Assembly (NCBI GenBank): GCA_020184695.1
Contig: JAANOX010000141.1
Location: 1 to 28,312 of the forward strand
Direction of reading: 5' to 3'
From: Histomonas meleagridis 2922-C6/04-290x
Taxonomy: Eukaryota > Protista > Parabasalia
DNA: 28,312 nt
Below are positions 20,146-28,292 of the stretch, piece after piece. The translations under genes were made by a program, and so were the position numbers. The first letter of the stretch is position 1; the number at the start of each line of letters is the position of its first letter. The notes below the pieces were generated by a model. That model was not told where the DNA came from. It saw nothing but the letters and a program-made list of their open reading frames with translations, and did no database searches.

Positions 20146-21852
20146 CTAATCACTAATATTAAATGAATTAACCAACAGTTCAATTTTTTTGTTTCTTGCT
20201 GATATTACCTCATAAACCCCATTTCCGTGTAGAATTAGATCATCGTCAAATCTGATTTTCAATTGTTCCGCAATTCTCTTAAGTTTCTCAACAGCAGCCT
20301 TCATAACGCTCAGCATTTGCTCCAGTATCAAATCCTTTCTTTTTTCAACGGTATTTTGATGTTTTAAGAAAATTTTCAAATCATAATATGACGAATCGTA
20401 TTCCTTAGAAACATCTGCTGCTGCCTGCCAAAGTGTGAGGGCCTCGTCAAGCTTTTGGCTTTCGTCTAAACTTGTTGTATACTTCAAAACAAGAGAAAAT
20501 TTCTGTTTGGCAGAAAATCCGAGAGAATCCCAAATTTTTTGTATCTTTTGGAAAGACTTTTCTCCTTCGTTCTTTCCAAGAGCCATTTTAATACTCAAGC
20601 TTTGAAGGAAATCAAGTGATTCTGTATCTTCCAAAGATAGTACTCGATGATCTAAATCAATAGCTTTCTTCTTAGGAAGCTCAGCATTTTCTTGACGTTC
20701 ATCATAAGTTTCTTCGTTGAGATTTTTGTCAAGTGAATATTCTTCGTCGAGAGATCCATCATCGTGTTGGGGTGCCTCGTTTGTTTCAGGGGGATCCGTA
20801 AGTTTAAACGGTGGCTCGGGCACCCCGTCATATTCTGGTGGAATGAATTCAAATTCATCAACGATACGATGGAGTTGCTCGATACTGTTGCATGACTCAT
20901 CACCTTCACGGGGTAATGGATCAGTATCTCTCCAGGTTTCAATGGGATTTGATGATCTTGTTGATGGTGTTTTTCTAGTTGTTTTTGGTATTTGGACTTT
21001 TGTTATATTTGGTAAACGTTTATTATTATTCTGTATAATAAGAGGATGCCTGCAAGACATGTTTGTTGGGACGTCAATTTCTTCCTTTGGTTGAGTTAGA
21101 GGTGGAATTGAATTATGGATGGGATTAATATTTTTAATTGCTGAAAAATTAGCGTTGGGAATTGGGTTGCTAGTATCATATTGGTAATATGGAGGAAGAG
21201 TATCATTTGGCTTAAAAATTTTTGCTATTATTTTTAAATCATTCATTGTGGAAAAATTCTTTTTTTGTGTCTTTCGTGGCATTGTTGTACTTCTTGTCCG
21301 CTCTGCTTCGGCTGGGATTTCGTAATCTTTAAGTTTATCTTTGGGCATCATTTTAATATCAACAGATTTTAAATTAATTGCTTTTTGAATGATTTCTTGT
21401 TTAAGAGATCTTGTTGTTGTTATAAAATCTTTCATTTCTTTGTTTAACTGCGCCTTTGTTTGATTTGAAGATGATTGATGATACATTTTCCTAACATATG
21501 AAGATAGAGCTTCCACAAAATCCGAAACAAAAAACTTGGAGTCAGCTGCATCAAAGTATGGCAAATCTACAATCTCTTTAATTGCCGAAGAAACAATATC
21601 CAGGGTTAACCAAAATTTTTGATATGGCTCTGTTTTACATATTGCTTCAATGTCTGTCTTGTTAAATCGGATTTTATCAACATTATCTAATTTTCTTTTT
21701 AATGATGTAAAATTCTGATAATACCTTTGATCCTTTTGTTGTGTCTGATAGTTTGGGAGTCCATCTTCAATTTTTGGTATCACAGATCTTGGTGAAGGTG
21801 GTTGTGTAAGTGAAAATTGATCTTGATAAAAATCTGTAAAGCCATATTCCAT
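20146..21852 (-). CDS. Coiled-coil protein with a CCDC87/MAP65-like C-terminal region
   Basis: The first ATG is at 21852 (568 aa), although the frame is open back to 21981. C-terminal IQKIWDSLGFSAKQKFSLVLKYT...LDEALTLWQAA resembles CCDC87 LERIWxxLxxPxKxQxDMxIKYS...LxxxVxAWExA. The centre is Pro/acidic and probably disordered. Confidence 0.55.
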   Translation of the reverse strand: MEYGFTDFYQDQFSLTQPPSPRSVIPKIEDGLPNYQTQQKDQRYYQNFTSLKRKLDNVDKIRFNKTDIEAICKTEPYQKFWLTLDIVSSAIKEIVDLPYFDAADSKFFVSDFVEALSSYVRKMYHQSSSNQTKAQLNKEMKDFITTTRSLKQEIIQKAINLKSVDIKMMPKDKLKDYEIPAEAERTRSTTMPRKTQKKNFSTMNDLKIIAKIFKPNDTLPPYYQYDTSNPIPNANFSAIKNINPIHNSIPPLTQPKEEIDVPTNMSCRHPLIIQNNNKRLPNITKVQIPKTTRKTPSTRSSNPIETWRDTDPLPREGDESCNSIEQLHRIVDEFEFIPPEYDGVPEPPFKLTDPPETNEAPQHDDGSLDEEYSLDKNLNEETYDERQENAELPKKKAIDLDHRVLSLEDTESLDFLQSLSIKMALGKNEGEKSFQKIQKIWDSLGFSAKQKFSLVLKYTTSLDESQKLDEALTLWQAAADVSKEYDSSYYDLKIFLKHQNTVEKRKDLILEQMLSVMKAAVEKLKRIAEQLKIRFDDDLILHGNGVYEVISARNKKIELLVNSFNISD

Positions 21853-22105
21853 TCGAAGAAAGCTTTCTTTCCTTTTATCAAGTGCAACAGGTGGCAATGG
21901 TTGAGATGTTAATTCAGCTAATTTTGTAAGAGTTGTATGGAAGGATGAAATTTTTCTTGTAACCGCTAACGATAGGAAATTCTAACGAACTTATTTCTAA
22001 GAAAAAGTGTCCTAAGAACGTACTAAACTGCCACTTTTCAAAATTGAGAAGTTTAATTTAAAGAAAAATGCATTTTTTCAACAATTTCAGCTTCAATAAT
22101 AAGAA

Positions 22106-22400
22106 AGGGTAAACACTAATTACAGAATAAAAATAGAAGTTGAACATATTTTCAATAATGACTTTTATGCTTTCACTTTCGCGTCGTATCGAACAAAACT
22201 AGTTGAGGTAAGTTTCGTATTGTCACTTAACAACAAGACTGAATTTCCTGCAAATGCAATTTGTTCAATAGTTGAATTCTTTCTATTCTTGATCAACATA
22301 TTATGTATAGCTTTATCGCGATGAACTAATACTGCATGTTATACATCAGGAAGTTGGATTTCTTATGTTTTTGATATCATTCGATGCTATTTTTTGAAAC
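22106..22400 (-). pseudogene. Possible ORF remnant
   Basis: EIQLPDV*HAVLVHRDKAIHNMLIKNRKNSTIEQIAFAGNSVLLLSDNTKLTSTSFVRYDAKVKA* has 57 open codons between stops and no usable start. No family recognised. Confidence 0.3.
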
Positions 22401-22659
22401 ATCGGCTTTCGATGTAAGAATATTTGTATGAATTACAAAAAGCGCAAAAACTTTAGGAATCTCTATAATTAATACTTTTAACGGTCAGCTTATCTTATAC
22501 AATTTAACAATAACTATAACAGAAGCAAATATTTTTTTTTTTAATTTTAAGACATCAACATGTAATGAACATTACATTCTTACCACATTGGAACAAAAAA
22601 AAATGCAAGCAAATCCAAAAAACATAACATTTTGATTAAATTTGGGAAAAAAAATTTGT

Positions 22660-23781
22660 TTATGATTGTTTATGACTGACAATTTTTATACCGTTTTCAT
22701 AATACTTGTTATTTGTGATGGCATATTCAGAGAATATATCAAGACTTGCAAATACTGAACCACCCAACCAAGCAGAATATTTTGGATTTTCCAACGAAAC
22801 AACATTTATTTGTGCTTCTGGTGCTAATTCCATTATTTCTTTTTCTAAACGCTCATGGAATCCTTTTAACATTACATTACCACCTGAAAGAATAATATTA
22901 TTAAACATCTTATTTCGAACCTCTTCATTGCAATCCATTATTGCTTTGAAAAGAACTTTATCAATTCCATCAGTTTCGTTATTTTTTGGGTTAAAAAGAA
23001 TTTCTGTACATTCAAAGCGTTCACTGTTAAGACCTATAACAGTACCATCTGGAAGACAAGCGCCAGAAGCGCAATTACTTGAAGTGATTGCATTTTCACT
23101 TTCTTTTTTGAAATCTAAAACAACATAAGCAATATTTTCTTTAATTGTTCGAAAAATTGTTAATTTAGTTGGTGCACTGACATATGTGTTACCAAGTCTA
23201 TAGTTAAGAACTTCCTGTAAACTTTTTGTTACATCGATGCCTGCTAAATCAAAATGTTTTTCTTTCCCTTTGATAATTGATCCTTCATAAACAGGCACTA
23301 TTTGTGTAACGCCATCACCTGATTCTAACACAATTCCTGTATCACATCCATTAGAAAAGCATGAAAAAAGAGCTTGATTATCAATATGTAATGCAGGAAC
23401 TTCAAATGTTTCGAATAGTATTTCTTCCATCTTTTCACAATTTGCTTGACTGTTTGGTACTGTTTCGGTAAGAATAACTGGATGTTCATGTGAATTTACC
23501 TTTAAGATATCAAAGGTATAACTATAAATTTTTTCAATTTTTTCCCAATCCGTAACATTTCCATTATTAATTGCATTTCGAATTGCGAGAACGTGGTCTA
23601 ACTTGAAAGCATCGTCACCTATATATATACCATTTAAATTATTTATGTTATTTATTTTTGGTTCTCCAACAACAGATGGAAATTTTAAACATGGATAACT
23701 CATACCTGCAAAACCTACTCTACACATGCTTGAACCATTGTCTATGACTATTGTTTGAACTTCTTCATATGGAGTTTCCAT
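22660..23781 (-). CDS. Divergent actin / actin-like protein
   Basis: IVIDNGSSMCRVGFAG, VTDWEKIEKIY, EHPVILTE, LFETFEVPA, TGIVLESGDGVTQIVPVYEG, DLAGIDVT, IKENIAYV, LPDG, ERFECTEILFNP, NIILSGG, KYSAWLGGS. ATG 23781 is preferred over 23805 because the Inr TCATTT lies between the two ATGs. 373 aa. Confidence 0.9.
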   Translation of the reverse strand: METPYEEVQTIVIDNGSSMCRVGFAGMSYPCLKFPSVVGEPKINNINNLNGIYIGDDAFKLDHVLAIRNAINNGNVTDWEKIEKIYSYTFDILKVNSHEHPVILTETVPNSQANCEKMEEILFETFEVPALHIDNQALFSCFSNGCDTGIVLESGDGVTQIVPVYEGSIIKGKEKHFDLAGIDVTKSLQEVLNYRLGNTYVSAPTKLTIFRTIKENIAYVVLDFKKESENAITSSNCASGACLPDGTVIGLNSERFECTEILFNPKNNETDGIDKVLFKAIMDCNEEVRNKMFNNIILSGGNVMLKGFHERLEKEIMELAPEAQINVVSLENPKYSAWLGGSVFASLDIFSEYAITNNKYYENGIKIVSHKQS

Positions 23782-23788
23782 TAAAAAA

Positions 23789-23794
23789 AAATGA
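23789..23794 (-). promoter_or_regulatory. Initiator element TCATTT of the actin-like gene
   Basis: Matches the trichomonad Inr consensus, with the +1 A 11 nt upstream of ATG 23781. Confidence 0.55.
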
Positions 23795-24239
23795 AATGTG
23801 TTCATTTTTGATGTGATAAAATTTGCCAGAATTTTAAAATTTCAAAATATTTTGACATTTTAAAAATTGGAATAAAATTTTGTCAAAATATTTTTATCGT
23901 TCCTTTTTTCCAAAGTTGATCTAGTTTTATATGTGATATTAAGATATAATTCATTATGCTTTTTGATGAAAATAATGAATTGCATTTAAGAATGTGTACG
24001 CATTTGAGAATCTATTCCTGATTTTTTAGGTAGGTTGAGCTTTTTTAACCATTCCACCATTTATCTCCTTGCTGCTATGAACAAGCCCACATATGTTTGA
24101 TTCCAAATCATCTCCGTGGTGGTAATGAATGCATTCATTTTATCCATACTGTTTTTCCTTTGAATTTTTGGCTATAAAGCTCATGACGTCATAATGCGAT
24201 GTACCATACAATTTTGCATTATATAAACGTAAAATATTA

Positions 24240-24485
24240 TTATCGTTAAACTGGGATGAATACAAAACATTCATCACATCTCAATGACAAATTGATTTTA
24301 TTCATACGATTTATATATTATCATTAAACTGGAATGAATACAAAACATTCATCACATCCCAATGACAAATTGATTTTATTCATACGATTTCTATGTTATC
24401 ATTAAACTGGAATGAATACAAAACATTCATCACATCTCAATGACAAATTGATTTTATTCATACGATTTATATATTATCATTAAAC
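24240..24485. repeat. Tandem repeat, 3 x 78 bp (A-B-A variant pattern)
   Basis: taaac recurs at 24247, 24325, 24403 and 24481 (exact 78-bp period). Copies differ at only a few positions, and the middle copy carries private variants (ccc, ctatg). Confidence 0.95.
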
Positions 24486-24551
24486 GCATTTGTTTCATAA
24501 ATTATTAATTCCTAATAACGATTTTGTTTCGATATTCATAACTAAATCCTT

Positions 24552-26716
24552 TTATTGAATTGTTGCGCATTTTGCCAAGTTCCTTGGTGCGTCTGGGCTT
24601 ATTCCCTTAATTTTTGCAATGTGGCAAGCGAGCAATTGGAACGGGATCACGTTAATCACTGTTTGCAAGCAGTCGATCACGTGCGGGAGCACAATCATTT
24701 CGTCTGCGAAATACGACATTAACTCATGATGCAAAGTGTCGGACAATATAATTGGGTAACCACCTCTTGCATGAATTTGTCCCAACGTTGAACGGTATTG
24801 TTCGATTGATACATCACTTGGTACAGTTGCCAAAAAGATCAATTTCATTCCTTCTTCGATGAGTGTAATTGGTCCATGTTTCAACTCTCCTTCGTGATAA
24901 CTTTCCGCATTAGTACATGCAATCGTCTTTAGCTTTAATGTTGTCTCACGTGCAATTGCATAATTACCTCCTCGACCACAGACCATTATACATTTTTGGT
25001 CTTGAAGTTTATCGGCTATATGTTCGATTTGTTCATCAAGTTTAAACGCTTCTTCTAATGTGCTCTCTAAATGTTTCAGTTCTTTGATGATCGAATTCTT
25101 TTCGTCAACTTTAACATCGCCGCCAATCGATAACGCTAAAAGTATTATCATAATTAAGTTCGCAGTAAATGTCTTTGTGGACGCAACGCCATATTCAACG
25201 CCAACATCAGTGTAACATGCAAAGTCGACATTCCGCGTAAGTGATGAGCCTCTTGTGTTAGTTATGCCAATACAAAACGCATTTCGATTATGGCAATTAC
25301 TTAATGCTAATAACGTGTCAGCTGTTTCACCACTTTGTGATACAAATACACAGACATCATTCTTCGAGACACGGCAATCTCGTTCGTTATATTCACATGA
25401 AAACTCAAATTGGATAACAGAAGGAATGAAATCTTCAAGAACTGTACGCGACGCAATCACTGCGTTGTATGAGCTGCCTGATCCAATGAAGATAAAACGT
25501 CGCGCTTTTTGTAGTTTGGGTAAAAACTCATTAATCCCTGGAATGTTTACAGTGTTGTCGTCGAAGTTAACATAACGATTTACCATTTTTTGAAGTATTT
25601 CCGGTTGTTGCTTGATTTCTGAAATTGTGAAATTGGTGGTATCCTTAGGTAATATGCTATAGACTTCTGACTTTGGTATATGTACAATATTTCGTGTTTC
25701 ATCGGGATCATTACCAATGTTATATATGATAATTCCTTGCTTTGTAAAATGAACGATATCATAATCATGAAGATATAATACCTCACACGTTTCTTCACAA
25801 AATGATTGGGCATCAGATGATATAAAGATTTCATCTGGTGGTGGAATAATATAATCTGGTGTGACGGTTGTGTCGAAAACCGTAAAAGTGCCGTCGAAGG
25901 AATTGAGAGAAATGTGATTAAAACCGTTGACGGTTTTGGCTTTGTTCTCCCGCTTAAACGGCCGGTTATACTTGAAGCCAAGAACTAAAGGTGAAACAAG
26001 ACGAGTCGCAACACACTCATCTGGGAAAAAGCGGGATTTATAGATGGTGGACGCAGAGCCTTCAATAAGACGAAAACAATTCCCAACAATAACTGGAAAC
26101 GAGGCTTCAGGAATTTTGGTATATATATAATCACACATCTTGGCAAGCATCTCAGTGTCTGTTTCACTGTTGATTGGAAGAGGACCTTCATTTGGTCGAT
26201 CTGTTTCAACATGAATGACAGAACTTGGTTGACCTAAGGAATTCCCAGAAAGATTACTATGCTTTCGAACACCAAGCTTTTTTATAAATCCCAAGCTTTC
26301 CAAAAAATCACGAATTTGGGAATAGTTATCGATACTTCCATTATGAACAACAACAAATTCCATCCTTGGAGATGAATCTTGTGGGTGTGCATTTCCAACG
26401 TTAGGAGGTCCATGTGTTGCCCATCTTGTATGACCAATTGCAACGTGTGGACCAAATGACTTATTATTATCTTCGTTTTCAAGATATTTATGGAGGCAAA
26501 GTTTGATTTCTTTGATAGATCCAACTGCTCGTGCGATTAAGATCCTTTTTTCTCCATTTATGATGTCATCAAAAGAAATACCGATACTATCATGACCTCT
26601 ATAACGTAAGTTCCTTAATCCGTTCAGGATTTTGATAATAATCTCTTTTTGGCTCTCTGTTAAAAAGTTAAGGTAACCAAAGATACCACTGGAGTTATAA
26701 AATAAGCATACCACAT
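24552..26716 (-). CDS. glmS: Glutamine--fructose-6-phosphate aminotransferase (GFAT/GlmS), two exons (26716-26712 and 26688-24552), 713 aa
   Basis: The spliced start ATG TG|T GGT ATC TTT GGT TAC gives MCGIFGY. Other motifs: YRGHDS, GHTRWATHG, VVHNG, SETDTE, SQSGETADTL, GVASTKTF, LKLK, GELKHGP, PRNLAK. Confidence 0.95.
26689..26711 (-). other. 23-nt spliceosomal intron (phase 2) inside the Cys2 codon of GFAT
   Basis: The minus strand reads GTATGCTTATTTTATAACTCCAG. Its removal yields the invariant MCGI N-terminus. Confidence 0.92.
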
Positions 26717-26725
26717 CCAATCAAC

Positions 26726-26731
26726 AAATGA
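26726..26731 (-). promoter_or_regulatory. Initiator element TCATTT of GFAT
   Basis: Inr consensus with the +1 A 13 nt upstream of ATG 26716, supporting that ATG as the true start. Confidence 0.6.
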
Positions 26732-26992
26732 TTATCATCGTTTATTATCAATTTTCTATGCCCTTTGAAATAAATTGTTCAACATTATATTGATATATCG
26801 TTTTCTTAAACCGTTTAAATTAGGCAAATTTTGTTGTTCTAAAAAATTTCAAAGAAATACTTTTTTATTGGTTTATCATGCGCAATATATATTCTCTGTG
26901 ATTATTTTAATAAGTGCCACTACAAAAAAGGTTTCTCGCTTGAACATTTTTTGAAATTAGATTATTAAAAAATTTTTAGATTAAATAATATT

Positions 26993-27209
26993 CGTATCCC
27001 AGTACAACTTAAATTCACCGAGTAATTATATAACCAACTCGATCAGAAGCGCATTGTAATGATGCAGAACAAAATTAGTTGTAGAAATAAATAAACTATT
27101 GAAACTTCGCTCAAAGTTGGGTAAAACATGTAAAGTATTTAATATCGAGGCAGTGGCCCAAGAAGATCTTCAATCACAAATCACAGATCTGTGTAGGATT
27201 TTTTCATAA
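26993..27209 (+). pseudogene. Possible ORF remnant
   Basis: RIPVQLKFTE*LYNQLDQKRIVMMQNKISCRNK*TIETSLKVG* then, after a frame change, NIEAVAQEDLQSQITDLCRIFS*. Protein-like, but no family recognised. Confidence 0.25.
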
Positions 27210-27560
27210 TTTTTCTTGTGTAAGATAAACAAATGAATGGCTTTGAATAATCGCAGATATTTTTGATAAACTCTGATTCATTCCCGCGATATTTTTTGTT
27301 TAACTTTAATAACGGTTATCAATAATTCACTCAAAAAGTAATCTGATTTGTTTATGAGCATCGCATCGTCATTTTTCTGAGCTTTTCAGAGGAATTTTTA
27401 TAATTTTTATTAATCACAAATTTAACAGACATTTATGAGTGTTTAATACCCGAACCATACAAAATTTTTCAAAACTTATAGCCGATATGAAGCGGTTATT
27501 TCACCTTTCTCAACCCAATTAAAACCGTTATTTTGGCGCTTCAGAACAACATTTTTTAGG

Positions 27561-28235
27561 ATGAGTTCTTTCAAGGATCGAATTAGCGCATTTCAAAACA
27601 GTGGGAATCAAGCGCCCGCTAACAACAACACACCTAAGCCTGCACAACCTGCGTCCAGCAATTTCATGAAAGATCGTCTTGCAGCATTTCAAAATAAAGG
27701 TAATGCAGCCCCACCAGCACCGAAACCTGCTGCTGCACCAGCAGAACCACAGCATTCATCGGGAAACATGAAAGATAGACTTGCTGCATTCCAAAATAAA
27801 GATAATGCTCCAGCACCATCTCCAGTTCAATCCAAACCAGCGCCACCACCAGCGCAACATTCATCAGGAAACATGAAAGATAGACTTGCTGCATTCCAAA
27901 ACAAACAAGATGCACCTGCACCTGCTCCGCATTCTTCAGAACCACAACATTCATCTGGAAATATGAAAGATAGACTTGCTGCATTTCAAAATAAAGGAAA
28001 TGTTCCACCTCCTGAGCCTAAGGCTGAACCACAACATTCATCTGGAAATGTGAAAGATAGACTTTCCGCCTTCCAAAATAAGCCAGCTGAAGAAGAGCCT
28101 GCTCCAGCACCGCCAGCACCACGACCACGCCAACGTGTACCTATTCCTACTAATGAAGGAGGTGGCGGAGGAGCTCCACCACTTGCACCACGTGGTGGAG
28201 GTCTTAAAGATCGACTTGCTATGTTCAAGAATACG
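27561..28235 (+). repeat. Coding repeat, core (HSSGN)MKDRLAAFQNK
   Basis: cattcatc(g/a/t)ggaaa(c/t)atgaaagatagacttgctgcatt(c/t)caaaa is repeated near-identically at about 27754, 27859 and 27949, with a variant near 28036 and more degenerate copies at both ends. Confidence 0.95.
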
Positions 28236-28292
28236 CCAATGGGAGGACCTATGGTGGGAGCTCCTATGGATGGCAGTGGCTTCTGGTTGTGA
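27561..28292 (+). CDS. Pro/Ala-rich disordered protein with 7 copies of a [MVFL]KDR[LI]xxF helix; C-terminus uncertain
   Basis: 243-aa ATG ORF with high coding-like GC. Motifs: FKDRISAF, MKDRLAAF x4, VKDRLSAF, LKDRLAMF, separated by PAP linkers. Confidence 0.85.
   Translation: MSSFKDRISAFQNSGNQAPANNNTPKPAQPASSNFMKDRLAAFQNKGNAAPPAPKPAAAPAEPQHSSGNMKDRLAAFQNKDNAPAPSPVQSKPAPPPAQHSSGNMKDRLAAFQNKQDAPAPAPHSSEPQHSSGNMKDRLAAFQNKGNVPPPEPKAEPQHSSGNVKDRLSAFQNKPAEEEPAPAPPAPRPRQRVPIPTNEGGGGGAPPLAPRGGGLKDRLAMFKNTPMGGPMVGAPMDGSGFWL

Noticed and set aside
24240-24485. 78-bp repeats as a CRISPR array, or as a TGA=Trp (mycoplasma-code) insert reading LNWNEYKTFITSQ*QIDF on the plus strand
   Set aside because: The units are contiguous with no unique spacers and there are no cas genes. 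The minus-strand frame links better to flanking sequence, and nothing else suggests bacterial origin.
14678-28292. Apparent actin-cytoskeleton cluster (CARMIL-like LRR, divergent actin, Lifeact-like repeat protein)
   Set aside because: The genes are separated by unrelated loci, cytoskeletal families are large in these genomes, and there is no sign of co-regulation; only synteny across species could support it.
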